The position numbers were made by a program, and so were the translations under genes. Shown here piece by piece: positions 25,376 to 39,399 of a stretch of 64,000 nt of DNA. How positions within the stretch are numbered: position 1 is the first letter of the stretch; each line of letters begins with the position of its first letter. The notes below the pieces were generated by a model that worked only from the letters and a program-made list of their open reading frames with translations, was not told the origin of the DNA and made no database searches. This stretch comes from Octopus vulgaris. Taxonomy: Eukaryota. The stretch lies in NCBI GenBank assembly GCA_951406725.2, contig OX597820.1:7812001-7876000 (forward strand). Reading direction: 5' to 3'.

Positions 25376-25627
25376 GGTCACAGCCTGGAATTGGGCATAT
25401 GGCGTAGTGGTTAAGAGCGTGCGCTACTAACCCCAAGATTCCGAGTTCGATTCCAGGCTGTGACCTGAATAATGATAATAGTAATTACATCGAAAAATAC
25501 CTTAGGACTGAGAACTCAGGTTTGAAATTTCCCCAAGACACCTGATGAAGGCTGGAGGGTATATCAGCCGAAACGTTGTGTTAACAACAAACAAGATGAG
25601 GACAAATATCCGTCAAATGTAAATAAT
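25376..25627 (+). mobile_element. tRNA-headed SINE-like element with HHR-bearing tail and 5' inverted duplication
   Basis: A box TGGCGTAGTGG 25400-25410, B box GAGTTCGATTCC 25443-25454, HHR 25538-25581, 16-bp IR 25376-25391/25450-25465. Confidence 0.75.
25538..25581 (+). ncRNA. Minimal type I HHR motif
   Basis: acac-CTGATGA-a-ggctg gagggtatat cagcc-GAAAC-GTT-gtgt. Confidence 0.75.
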
Positions 25628-25706
25628 TTCTCTCTGGTTTTCGAGTACTATCATTTCCACTCGGTTTTGTTGTGTGGGACGATATCTAGTTGAGTGTGTG
25701 TGTGTG

Positions 25707-25749
<43 letters not shown>

Positions 25750-25867
25750 TATTTGTGTGGATATACATATAATGTGGATATACATATAATTGGATATACA
25801 TATAATTGGACAGTGCACATCTGACTTAATAGTACCACCGGATAATTACGAATATATGTATGTATGT

Positions 25868-26250
25868 GTGGAGGTACAATGACCCAGTGTTTAGGGCAGC
25901 AGCCTCGCGGTCGTAGGATAACGGTTTCGATTCCCAGACCGGGCATTGTGAGTGTTTATTGAGCGAAAACCCCTAAAGCTCCACGAGGCTCCGGCAGGGG
26001 GTGGTAGCGAAACCTGTTGTACTCTTTCACCACAACTTTCTCTCACTTTTTCTTCCTGTTTCTGTCGCACCTATATTTCAAAGGGGCCAGCCTTGTCACA
26101 CTCTGTGTCACACTGAAACTCCCCCGAGAACTACGTTAAGGATACACAGGTGTCTGAGGAGTGCTCAGCCACCTACACGTTAATTTCACGAGCAGGCTGT
26201 TCCGTTGATTGGATCAACTCAAACCCTTGTCGTCACGGACGGGGTGCCAC
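25868..26250 (+). mobile_element. SINE family C, tail type 2
   Basis: Family C head plus tail ...ccccgagaactacgttaagg... Confidence 0.9.
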
Positions 26251-26268
26251 ATCATGTATGAATGTATG

Positions 26269-26302
<34 letters not shown>

Positions 26303-26939
26303 TGTATGTATGTATGTATGTATGAATGTATGTATGTATATAATCAACAAGTGGGGCTATTAAGTTAGAAATGCAATGTCCAATTATGGCTGAATTCTGT
26401 TTATATTCATACATAAATATATATGTACATACACATACATATTATACACACACATGCATACATACGGATATACATAAGTGTGTGCGTGTGTGTGTATGTG
26501 TATGTGTGTGTGTATACATATCTATATTTATAAAGTATGTGTGCGCGTGTATGTATAACCAAATGAAGACATGCACTACTTCACGCATACATACACACTC
26601 AAAAATTGACTCTTATAAATGCATATAACACCAGGACTGCCCAAAGAAAGGAGCGACTTTGTGTGTGTTAACCTCTGGGCTCGAAGCACCATTTATTTCC
26701 CACATTTCAGATCTCCAGCTAAGCAAAAATCAAGCAATTCCACTTTCATTCCCCGCTTCCTTAATTCAATATGAAATGGACTTCAATATTGGATTTGCCG
26801 TTCCATTTTCTTTATTTTTCAAATGATTGTTGATTTTGTTTTTCTGCCCCAGAGATTCTCTCTTTGAAAACATATTCCCGTTTTACATATACTCTACAAA
26901 TACGTTTATACATGTGTACAGGCATACGTGCATGCATAT

Positions 26940-27975
<1,036 letters not shown>

Positions 27976-27979
<4 letters not shown>

Positions 27980-28511
27980 TCCGTAATAATGAAGGGTGAA
28001 ATTTCACCCTTCATTATTACGGATAACCATATTTTATCTCAGTAGATGACCACAGCATCTTGTTTTGGCTACACGCGGGTGGGAAGGGGCTGGTGACACA
28101 ATCTTTTCATTCACACATTGAATTTGGTGATACTAGTTGCGGATTCTAGCTCGCTCTGATACTGAGTTGAGATGATGCCTTCTAGTATCTCAAAATTCAA
28201 TATATAATCATTTATGATTATAGTATTCTACGCTGAAGAGAAAAGAAGTTCTTGGTAAGATAGAATTATTTAATATTTAATTCTTATGCTTTCCTAAAAA
28301 CTTGATTTCGAAACGTACGTCCGTAGATAACTTAAAATTGTATGATAGATTGCCGTCAATTCATTCTCTCTTACCTGTTTGTGTCTGCCTTACAATTGCT
28401 GTTTTTACTGAGATCTCCCTTTTAGTAGAAGAAATAGCTATAACTCTTTGACTGCTATTTCTAAATTCGGTATGTGGTAAGGCAATTCGTTGCCAAACCC
28501 TTTATTGCTTA

Positions 28512-28512
<1 letters not shown>
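27976..28512 (+). mobile_element. PLE-like pLTR remnant with perfect 52-bp terminal palindrome and HHR, inside (TA)n
   Basis: Palindrome 27976-28027; HHR 28228-28326. Confidence 0.75.
28228..28326 (+). ncRNA. Type I HHR motif with GUC site and long stem II
   Basis: ctacg-CTGAAGA-gaaa...tttc-GAAAC-GTAC-GTC-cgtag. Confidence 0.85.
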
Positions 28513-28552
<40 letters not shown>

Positions 28553-28556
<4 letters not shown>

Positions 28557-28750
28557 GGTCCGGGTTGATTCGGGGTTAACCACAGTAAATAAGGTACTCA
28601 ATACATAGCAGAGTAAAATTAATTTATTTATTATATAGAAGGAGCTTCTACAGGACTAGAACTGTTTCATTCAAGAGAAATCTTCATGGGTGAGCTTCCT
28701 GAAGATTTCTCTTGAATGAAACAGTTCTAGTCCTGTAGAAGCTCCTTCTT
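28553..28750 (-). mobile_element. PLE-like remnant with fold-back, sister of 14301-14498, inside (TA)n
   Basis: Near-identical reverse complement of the 14.3-kb copy; arms 28637-28686 and 28700-28749. Confidence 0.85.
28692..28744 (+). ncRNA. Complete type I HHR motif
   Basis: gagcttc-CTGAAGA-tttc tctt gaat-GAA-ACAG ttctagtc CTGT-A-gaagctc (7-bp stem I, 4-bp stem III, GUA site). Confidence 0.85.
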
Positions 28751-28769
28751 ATATATATATATATATATA

Positions 28770-28807
<38 letters not shown>

Positions 28808-28899
28808 ATGCTGAAAAGTGACATGCGAGTTGATATGTATAAGGAAAATGAGACGAGGTAGAAAATGCTAAAATTTTAGCATGAAATACATTTTGTTAT

Positions 28900-29290
28900 A
28901 GTTGGTCCGCGATGCCCTCTTTCACTTCGTTGCAGTGTGGACATTGGTTGTATGGAAGTAGTGGGGTAAAACTGAATCCTTTGGAGAGTCTGTCGATTTG
29001 GTCGGGTGTTAGTTCTTTGTGTATTAGTTTGATGACTTTTGTCTCTTTTGCTGTTCTCTTGTATGCCTGGTGCTATCTCGTGTCCCTTTGTCTGTGTATT
29101 GGGTCTAAATTATGATTGAGGTACTTTGGACAGTCGCTGTTGTCTGGTTGTCCCCTGTTGTTGTGTAGTTCGCTGTTATCGTGATTTATGCTGCGGATTC
29201 TTGGATGAAGGTTGCACAGTGTGTCCCTATATTTCATGTTAAGATGTGGTACATTTGAGGACCATCGTGGGTAATTATTTTGTGTGGTAT
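28900..29290 (-). mobile_element. Possible PLE ORF N-terminal remnant
   Basis: Minus strand KVIKLIHKELTPDQIDRLSKGFSFTP resembles the PLE motif VINLS..LT..E..LLSKGL.F.P. Confidence 0.45.
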
Positions 29291-29933
29291 GGGTTTGCAT
29301 ATTTACGAATATACATGTATATATACATATCTGCATATATATACATGCTTAGTTATTACTTGCATCAATCCGTTGAAGGATTTAAGTCAGAAATGGCCCA
29401 GTTTTTTGTAATATTGTAAAAACTGAACGGATAAAGGATTGCACAAACTTTCAATTCATTCCACAAGCCCAGGGGATCAACTGCTAAAGAAACAATAGAA
29501 CGACGTAGATAAGGCTTTCAAACAACAACAATTCCATAGGTGACTCTTCACATGTTAAGATTTAACAGCCAGAGCTGTATTCAGATGGCTTTGAAATGAC
29601 ATGGTTCCTGCTTCAGACTCGATCCTTTCTGCCATAGCCTCGTTTTTGCCAATGTCATTTGTATGAAAGCGGGTGAAGCAAAGACTGGCGCACTGAGAGA
29701 GTGAGAAAAAGGAACAGTATCTTCAAACAAGCGGGTGAGCACAAGAGGAAAGCGAAGGGTTAGGAACCAGAAGAATGGTTTTCTATTGGGGAAATTACGA
29801 AAGAAGGAACAGGTTGAAAAGATGTATACAAAGACACACAGACGCACGAACACACATATCCAAACACACAATAACAGTGGACGAGCATTCTACAAGGCTT
29901 TACCCGAATGTCGTTTAACTCAGTGTGTGTGTC

Positions 29934-29966
<33 letters not shown>

Positions 29967-30455
29967 GTGTGTGTGTGTTTGTGTGATTGTCCATTTATTT
30001 GCAGAGGTAACATTATACAATTGTTTTGGGGTTAAGTAATTCAATGAAGTGACGAGTGTTTTTATAACTGTGTAATTAATCAGAAGCTAATTGATATAAT
30101 TAATAAAGTATTTAAAAATAACAAAACAAAGAGGAAAACCACAGAGAATACAGCAAAATCAAATTAAAACCTAAAAAAAATGCGATAGGAAGGAATTGTA
30201 ATTTTAAATAGAAAGCAACGTCTTCGCTAACGATTTGTCAATTCTGGTTTATCGCCCTTTACTGTCATATCTGCGTCTAATTAATGACCACAAAGCGTGA
30301 TAAATAACCAAAATAGAACAGTGATGTATACATAGTTTACATTGATATCCAAATATTTTGCTTAGCTTCAAAGGTCAAGCGTTCTTCGATGTCTTTACTA
30401 TTAAATATCACCCTACATTTATCTCTCCGTTTATTTATTGATCTACTCTCGCGCG

Positions 30456-30487
<32 letters not shown>

Positions 30488-30875
30488 CGCTATCAACTGG
30501 CTTTCTTTTTTTGTTTTTTTTTATGTTACAAACATCGTTGCTGTCTTTGTTGTACTGTCTACAGTTTATTTGTGAATGGCAGTTGGCCAAAGTTGGTTTC
30601 TTCGCCGATTCCAATCCATTAAATGCAGAACTAAATTTAGGTTTCAATCCCACCTAAGATTCTGTCACGAAGACGGCGATAAACTGTTTAGAAAGTTTGC
30701 CAAACATTTCAAAATGTCTTTCATAATTATCGAGAATTGTGTTTGTCGGTTTTTTTAGGTTACACATATTACTAGCTGTTAATGTCCCTAAGTGGATAAT
30801 CGCTTTCTTTATCTATCACTCTATATATCTATCTGTTTACCTATTCTTCCCTCCCTCTCTTTCTCTCTTTCTCTC

Positions 30876-30941
<66 letters not shown>

Positions 30942-31197
30942 ATATATATATATATACACACACAGTTGAAACACTCCTGTCACAACCTGGGATCTTGAAG
31001 ACTGCTATAACGCATTAAAGTATACTAGTCCCCTAATATTTTATATTCAACATTTCACTATTCAATAAGACAATCAATAATTTTACTATATATATATATT
31101 ATTTATACTATATATTCTATATTCTTCATTAATATTATAAAGAATATAAATAAAACATAAAAAACAGAGTTGGAATTTCTTTGAATAATATATATAT

Positions 31198-31595
31198 ACT
31201 CTTTTACTTGTTTCAGTCATTTGACTGCGGCCATGCTGGAGCACCGCCTTTAATCGAGCAACTCGACCCCGGGACATATTCTTTTTTTGTAAGCCCAGTA
31301 CTTATTCAATCGGTCTCTTTTGCCGAACCGCTAAGTTACGGGGACATAAACACACCAGCATCGGTTGTCACGCAATGCTAGGGGGACAAACACAGACACG
31401 CACACACACGCATATATATATATACATATATACGACGGGCTTCCTTCAGTTTCCGTCTACCAAATCCACTCACAAGGCTTTGGTTGGCCCGAGGCTATAG
31501 TAGAAGACACTTGCCCAAGGTGCCACGCAGAGGGAATGAACCCAGAACCATGTGGTTGGTAAGTAAGCTACTTACCACACAGCCACTCCTGCGCC
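31198..31595 (-). mobile_element. SINE family B, full length
   Basis: Reverse complement of family B. Confidence 0.92.
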
Positions 31596-32097
31596 AATGA
31601 CAATAATATATAGATATATTTATGCAGAGACATGACAGAAGTAAATAGACACCCTTATTCTCATTAAAATTTATTTAAATCTGAAATTATGCATGCAAAG
31701 TATTGTTATAAAGTGAATATGTAATATTTTGATGTAAAATAATAAGACCGTTCTGCGCTTGGTTGGACCAAAATGAAGCACCGAAAACTTTCCCTAAACC
31801 TGAGCTCTTCTTAAAGGTTATGGTGACTGTTTGGAGGTGTACTACTGGACTCATCCACCATAACTTCTTAAAACCCGGAAAAATTGTTACTGCAGAAACA
31901 TATTGCCACGAAATTGCCAAAATGAATTAAAAAAAAAAAACTTCTCTGTTGCAGTTTAGTCAACGGAAAAGGGCCAATCATTCTTCATGACAATGCTCGA
32001 TCACACGTTTCACTAAAGGCGCTCCAGAAGTTGAGGGAACATGGCTCCTGAGTTTCCTCCAACCCAGCTTATTCCACAGACATTTCTCCTACCAACT

Positions 32098-33055
32098 GGA
32101 TGGAAGCACTCCGTCGGTTACGACGACGAGGGTTCCGGTTGATCCGAATCAACGGAACAGCCTGCTCGTGAAGTTAACGTGTAAGTAGCTGAGCACTCCA
32201 CAGACACGTGTACCCTGAACGTAGTTCTCGGGGATATTCAGCGTGACACAGAGAGTGACAAGGCCGGCCCTTTGAAATACAGGTACAACAGAAACAGGAA
32301 GTAAGAGTGAGAGAAAGTTGTGGTGAAAGAGTACACTACCGTCAGAAATTAATTAGCACCCTTGATTTGCTCACCATGAAGCATGGTGGGGGTGGTCTGA
32401 TGGTGTGAGGGGCGTTCAGCTACAGTGGTGTTGGGCGGCTCTATGCCGTCGAAGGCAACATCAACGCAGCAAAGTACGTTGAGATAGTACGGGATACCTC
32501 TTTGGTGGCGAGGAGTACGTGCTGGCCAGTCACCTGACCTGAACCCTATTGAGAACCTCTGGAGTCGATTGGGTAGGGATTTGAATGTGCAGCAATGCAG
32601 GAACCGACACGAGCTGTTTGGGGCACTTCTTGCTGCATGAGGGGCCATCCCTGCACAGTACCTGCAGGCACTCATAGACAGCATGCCGACCCGCGTAGCA
32701 GCTGTCATTGCTGCCAAAGGAGGAGCAACAAGATATTGACTAAATTTCACGATTAATAACAATTATGTGGTGTGCTGGGATATGTTTTAATAAATTTTTG
32801 ATTAAAAACGAGTTCGTTTCTGATAATAAGTTAATTAAATTAAGAAAATGTAAGAAAATGTAGAAATTTGAGAAGTACTAATTAATTTCCGACGCAAGTG
32901 TACAGCAGGGATCACCACCATCCCCTGCCGGAGCCTCGTGGAGCTTTAGGTGTTTTCGCTCAATAAACACTCACAACGCCCGGTCTGGGAATCGAAACCA
33001 CGAACCTACGACCGCGAGTCCGCTGCCCTAACCACTGGGCCATTGCGCCTCCACT
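32098..33055 (-). mobile_element. SINE family C, tail type 2, with 11-bp TSD, interrupted by Tc1
   Basis: TSD tcctaccaact at 32087-32097 and 33056-33066. Confidence 0.92.
32334..32900 (+). mobile_element. Internally deleted Tc1 element
   Basis: TA TSD; TIRs cactaccgtcagaaattaattagcac / gtactaattaatttccgacgcaagtg; KHGGGGLMV, QSPDLNPIENLW and SMPTRVAAVIAAKGGATRY motifs. Confidence 0.92.
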
Positions 33056-33374
33056 TCCTACCAACTACCACTTTTTCAAGCACCATGATGATTTCCTGCG
33101 AGAGGAGTTTAAAAATCAAACCGATGCTGAAAAGGCGTTCAAAGAGTTCATCAGCTCCAGAACTCCAGATTTTCATGTTACCGAAACAAACAAACTTGTA
33201 ACTCGTTGGCAGAAATGTGTTGATTCTAATGGTACTTAATTTGATGAATAAAATTTCCGCATTGTTCAAATATATTTTGATCCATGTTTCAAAACGTTGC
33301 TTGTTTTTTACTCAGTCTGATACACAAACACACACACGTGTGTATGTGTGTGTGTGTGTGTGTGTGCATGTATA

Positions 33375-33602
33375 GCTTGTGAAAGGTAGGAGAGTCCAGT
33401 TTGCTGGACATTGTTGTAGAGCTGAAAAAGAGGCCATCTACTCGCAATACCAGAGGGCGCACACTCTCCTACCCTGATGTAATCTCCATGGATACAGGCA
33501 TCCAGCAACAGGACCTCCGTAATGCCATGATGGACCGTGAAGTCTGGCGTAGCATGGTAAATTCCATTGTCTCGACCACGGTCGAACAATGATGATGATG
33601 AT
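33375..33602 (+). mobile_element. RTE-type LINE 3' end with (TGA)n tail
   Basis: RRVQFAGHCCRA..GRTLSYPDVISMDTG..DLRNAMMDREVWR. Confidence 0.75.
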
Positions 33603-34007
33603 GTATATATATATATATGTGTGTGTGTGCGTGTGTGTGTACACAGTGTTTGTATGTGTATAAATCCCGCTAACCTTTAAAATGATCAGAGTGGATTATT
33701 GGTAACTAGAGTACATAACCAATGAAAACATGATGCCGTGTCCATGGCTTCTGTACTTTTGACAATTGGTCATCTTTTTCAAGGCAGACCTAAGGTTAAA
33801 AAGCAATTACAGCTGTAACAGTTAATATTAAGATTTTACCAAAATATTTGAATGTTCTGACCATTGTCATTCCTCTCCACACCAACATCTTTTCCATTGA
33901 AATCTACTTTTAATAAATTTTATTAACTTTTATCCCAAAATGTTATTGTTGAATAAAATATCGATTTAGCAGCTTGAATAATATTTTAATACGACAAATA
34001 TTATATA

Positions 34008-34570
34008 TTGGGTTGTCCGGAAAGTTCGTGCCGATTTATAGTAGCTTACTTGTCGACTTATTTTAGAACATGGTTGAGTCTATAAAATAGGATTTGACTA
34101 CGCCTCCATTTAGAGCACAGTTTAAGCTATGTTTTCGTTGAAGAAGGTTTATGTTCCTATAACCTGTGTTAATTCTGTAACCCTTTAAAACGGAATTTAA
34201 GAAAGTTCATTTTCGGCACTTGATGCTTTGGGAAAAATTGCTGCAGCTCGGCTGGGATGTATTACCCCACCCTCCATATTCACCAGATATTGCTCCTTCG
34301 GATTTCCACTTATTCAGGTCTCTGCAGAATAGTCTTAATAGTAAAAATTTCAATTCCTTGGATGACGTAAAAAGAAACCTTGATGAATTCTTTACCATGA
34401 AACCACCTCAATTCTGGGAAGAGGGTATTTTCAAGTTAAAGGGAAGATGGAGACGCATTGTGCAACAAAATGGTTCATATTTTATTTGGTTGATTAAAAA
34501 TGTAATACCAAGTACTTATTGACCTTTTTCTTTCCTTTAAAAATTGGCGCGAACTTTCCGGACAAACCAA
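34008..34570 (+). mobile_element. Internally deleted mariner with intact TIRs
   Basis: TA|ttgggttgtccggaaagttcgtgccgattt ... aattggcgcgaactttccggacaaaccaa|TA; LPHPPYSPDIAPSDFHLFRSL motif. Confidence 0.93.
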
Positions 34571-34654
34571 TATTTCAACAATAATGAGAATGTCGTCCAT
34601 GAGAGATTACGAGACCTGGTTGCAGTTCACCACACACACACACACACACACACT

Positions 34655-34713
<59 letters not shown>

Positions 34714-35076
34714 ACAATTTAGCCAATGGCATTATTTGAAAATATAATGAAAATGCGGAAGGCGAAGAAGAACGCTGTTAATTTGTATATTTAAATTACT
34801 ATTAAATCTTAAACAAAAATAGCCTCAACGACGAATATATCTATAATGGCCAGAGATGAAATTATTCATGAAATTTCTTCTCTGAATATTGACAATATAT
34901 TTAATATATGAAATATTCGGTGATTACCTAAAATCTAGATTAGACTCGTTGATAAAGAAAGAGGCGAAGAGACGAGACTCTCTCAGAAAGTGAAATATGT
35001 TCACCTTAATAGAGTCTACTTCGGTATAGGTTAATTAAGGATAGCTTTTGACAACTCTTAAATGAGAACAAAGACA

Positions 35077-35108
<32 letters not shown>

Positions 35109-35239
35109 ACAGGACACTGAATCCAAAGAATGTTTTGTGGTTTTGTTGTAGTTAGTGATCGAGAAAATCTATGATTAAAGGCATTCCACTCGTGAACATC
35201 CGGTTTGTTTCATAACATCCGGTTTGTTTTATAGTCTAA

Positions 35240-35558
35240 TCTTGGGCAAGTGTCTTCTACTATAGCCTCGGGCCAACCAAAGCCTTGTGAGTGGACTTGG
35301 TAGACGGAAACGGAAAGAAGCCCATCGTATATAAGTATATATATGTACGTGCGTTTATGTTTCTGTGTCTGTGTTTATTCGCCCCACACAACATCGCTTG
35401 GCAACCGATGCTGGTGTATTTACGTCCACGTAACTTAGCGGTTCGGCAAAAGAGATCGATAGAATAAGTACTAGGCTTCCAAAGAATAAGTCCTGGGGTC
35501 GATTTGCTCGACGAAAGGCGGTGCTCCAGCATGGCAGCAGTCGAATGAGTAAAAGAGA
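35240..35558 (+). mobile_element. SINE family B, 5'-truncated
   Basis: Starts at cttgggcaagtgtctt. Confidence 0.85.
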
Positions 35559-35669
35559 ACTATTCATTGCTACATTATGTAATGTGTCCATTATGATAGT
35601 TTGCTTTTGACTTGAAAGATGTTCATCCTATGTTTCTTGCAGATCAAGAGACTACATACTCTCTCTCTT

Positions 35670-35726
<57 letters not shown>

Positions 35727-36754
35727 ATATCTATCTACCTCTGCACATAAATATACATGTACTTAAACATGTGTGCGTATATATATATATATATAAAATA
35801 TATAACATAATATAATATAAAATAATATCAATATTTGTTTTTCATTGAACATACGTATGAAACAATGCATAATTATTATCCCAAAGTTCATAATTACGAT
35901 TAATGTACCCATTGCTACCCCATCTTGTTGCATAGGGCGTCTATAAGGAAGCAACTTCTAATAGATGCAATGCATACCGATTGAAGGGTAGGAGATAGAC
36001 ATTACATCCGTTCCAATAAATATCTTCTATATGAAGTGAAACCGGTTTGTAATTATATTTCAGAATATTTAATTATTTATTTAATGAGTATATGCAATGG
36101 TGTGTTAAATAATGCAATAAGGAATTCAGAATTATTTGAATTTAATAATGTATTTTGGATATGATATGATAGTGAATAGATATTATTGTATTCTGAAACG
36201 ATTTCTTTTTAATAATGAACTTTGGAATTAATTAACTGCAATATAAACAGAGTTTTGCATTTTCTATTATTTTTATTTTTATTTTTCATGTGTATGTTTG
36301 TGTGCGTTTGCGTGCATCTAGATGCATATAGATAAGTATGTATATATATATTATTATATTATACATATCCCTGGCTTTCACGCAGTTTTCGTCTTCCAAA
36401 TCCACTCAGAAAACTCTGTGTGGCCAGAGACTATTCAAGACAGTTGCTGCAGGTACTGAGCAGTGATAGTGAACCGGAAATCGCACTCATGAAGCAATCC
36501 GCCGAACTAGTTTTCATCGTCTACAAAGCTGGATATTTTATTTTCGTCAGGATAATGTTGATTGTGTCGAAAGACACGCTTAGAACCAACTATATGTTAG
36601 CTGTGTTAGTTCTTTCCGACCAGAGGAGATAAAACAGCCTCAAAGTGGGACAGAATTTGTTTAGCACTCTCTGACAACACAGAAACTATATATGTGTGTG
36701 TATATCATGTATGTATATATACATACATATATACCTCTCAACTTCTGTTCTTTC

Positions 36755-36964
36755 AACATGTGATCTCTTGAGCACCACCAGCAAAAATATTTTTTTCCTC
36801 TGTCTTCCCTTCTCGGGATCTTTCCTTCTCCTTGTTTCCGACGAAGAGCTCCACTCGAAACGTTAAACCCCCTTCCCTTCTTTCCTGAGCGTCAAATAAT
36901 ACTTTAATTGTTCCACGTCCTCGCGTTGCTGTGTTTTTTTCTGTGTTTTCTTGTTTGGATTAAC

Positions 36965-36965
<1 letters not shown>
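36755..36965 (+). mobile_element. About 210-bp HHR-bearing PLE-like element (family P1), copy 1
   Basis: HHR 36834-36868 (gttt-CCGACGA-agagc tcc actc-GAAAC-GTT-aaac); ends gtttggattaac|(TA)n. Confidence 0.75.
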
Positions 36966-36999
<34 letters not shown>

Positions 37000-37046
37000 G
37001 TGTGTGTGTATACACAATATATATATATATACATATTTATACATAC

Positions 37047-37077
<31 letters not shown>

Positions 37078-37936
37078 CACATATATATATATACATATAT
37101 ATCTATGTTTATATATACATATATATGTATATACATAGAGGTTATGGGAGGTATTGGTGTCAATAAGACCCAAAGGTGTCAGGTAATGCTGAATAAATGC
37201 TATGGATAGACCATAGTTAAGTTCCAGGTTCGGTGATTATGCGAATGAGTCCAACTTAGGTCATATCAGCATGTGTATATATAATTTTTTACTACTCCTC
37301 TCCCTGCCCCATCACAGACTATCACTACATAACTGACACTCCTTTACCATTTACACTATTATACCTCTCTCTTTCTCTATCATCTCCATTCCTTCTATGT
37401 GACACTCCTTTAGTCTTTACCCTATCATCTATTTACATCCTAATATCTTTATCACCCTCATTTCTCTACTACTTTCAAGTTATCTTGACTAACCACTAAC
37501 TGGTACACTTCCCCTGTCTTCATCTCTTTATTATCTCTCCTTGCTTTTCTTTTTTCCTTTTTCTTTCCTTGCTTTATTCCACTTCCTATTTTCTTTTTCT
37601 TTTTTCTTCTCTTTTTCTCTCCTCTGTTTTCTCTTTTCTTTATTCCTCTCTTCCTCTTTTCGATTTGACCTTACAAATACATTCCCTACTTTTATGTCTT
37701 TTTAAATGAAACATTCGATTCAATAGCAATGTGTACGAACTATACATGGAATGACCAATTTTAAATACTATTGGAATTTACTCATAAGGTATTGGAATCT
37801 TATATGTATACCATTCTGTCTAAATAATGGATCTACAAATGCAATATCCCTGCATATCTCACATCCGTTCCTCCACTTCACTCTCTATTTCGTATCTTAT
37901 CTAAATTAACCGTTGTTTAACCATTTTCTCACACCC

Positions 37937-37982
37937 TCTCTGATGAAGGGATATAAAAAATATCCCGGAAACAGCTGTAAGA
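37937..37982 (+). ncRNA. Type I HHR motif at the end of a pyrimidine-rich PLE-like 3' region (about 37290-38040)
   Basis: tct-CTGATGA-agggatat aaaa aatatcccg-GAAAC-AGCT-GTA-aga. Confidence 0.8.
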
Positions 37983-38912
37983 CCTATTTATAAATGTTCT
38001 AAAATCTTTTACAGCCTTGGTTTAATTTCTCATTCTGGATACACACGCATACATATATGATTATACCCACTGAAACATACATAGGCAGACACATGTGAGT
38101 CCATGCCTGTACAAGTCTTTGTGTATATTAGTGTTTGTGTATATTAGATATCTCTGAATGTGAGTGAGTATGTATGGCTGGATATACATTTATATATATA
38201 TATGCACGCATACACATACGCACACAACTAAAGCATACGGTGTGTATGTTTTTGTATGCATGTGTGTGAAAAAATGTATTTGCTGTTCTGTAGCCACGTG
38301 TATCTACATACATACACACACATACATATATATACACATACATACAAATACATACACATACATACATATACACACCCACATACACACACATACGCACACA
38401 CATGCACACATATACACACACATACACACATACATGTATATATACGTACATACATACGTACATACGTACATATATACGTATGTACATACATACGTACATA
38501 CATATACCTGCATGTATATATGCAATCATGTGTGTACTAAAATATGCATGCGTTTACGTCTATGTATTTGTGTACATATGTGTGGGTATTTGTTGAAGTA
38601 CTCGAGAACTGTATTCTGTTTTAAATGGCGTCGTCGTCGTCGTCGTACGTAAGAAGCGCACACGCCTATCGACGTGAGTCCACACACAAATATATTTTGC
38701 TAGATACGTGCAGATCTTGAAATGAAAACCTATTTTCGATGATTTGTTGCTTTTTAAAGATGGAAACACAAAGAATCCGGTATTTTACATAATTTTATCA
38801 TCTTCTTTAAACACACACATGCATAGATATATATACATGCATACACACATTCATACATACTTATGCATATACACGTATATACATACATATAGTGAGTGAG
38901 AATTACACACCT

Positions 38913-38954
<42 letters not shown>

Positions 38955-39399
38955 GTGTGGATGCATGTGTAGGTATGTATGAAGTTATTTTTCCAAAAGA
39001 AGTATTTAAATACAAACTGCGGGCATAATACACTTAGCTGGCTTCAAAGTGTAAAGTGAAATTTCCAATAATTCAGGACTTATTGCTGTTTCTGTGAAAA
39101 TATGAGATGGAAATTCTCGACACAACTGTACGCTTGTCTGTTAGAGAAATTTCCCCAGATGAACATTTTTCTAATTTACAAAATAATAATAATGATAATA
39201 ACACTTTCAAATTTTGGCACAGGGCCAGCAGTCCTTTCTTGAAGTGAACAGGAAGTCGATTACACCGACTCTAATATTTGACTGGTAATTATTTTATGGT
39301 ATTCATCTTATCGACCCTAAAAGGATGAAAAGCAAATTCGACATCGGGGGTATTTGAACTCAGAATGTAAAAACGCGCGACATACCGCTAAACGTTCAA

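Larger units (their letters stand above)
31650..33300 (+). mobile_element. Decayed mariner transposon (cecropia/Hsmar1-like), interrupted by a SINE
   Basis: WLDQNEAPKTFPKP..KVMVTVW..GLIH..LKPG..GPIILHDNARSH..YSTDISPTN | YHFFKH..NKLVTRWQKCVDSNG. Confidence 0.85.

Noticed and set aside
25393-25465. Functional tRNA gene
   Set aside because: A and B boxes are present but acceptor and anticodon stems pair poorly and it runs into an HHR tail; treated as a SINE head. The same applies to family A-C heads.
31650-33300. SETMAR host gene
   Set aside because: No SET domain; stops, frameshifts and nested insertions indicate a dead mariner.
36020-36050. HHR at gaagtgaaaccggttt
   Set aside because: The CTGANGA half is missing.
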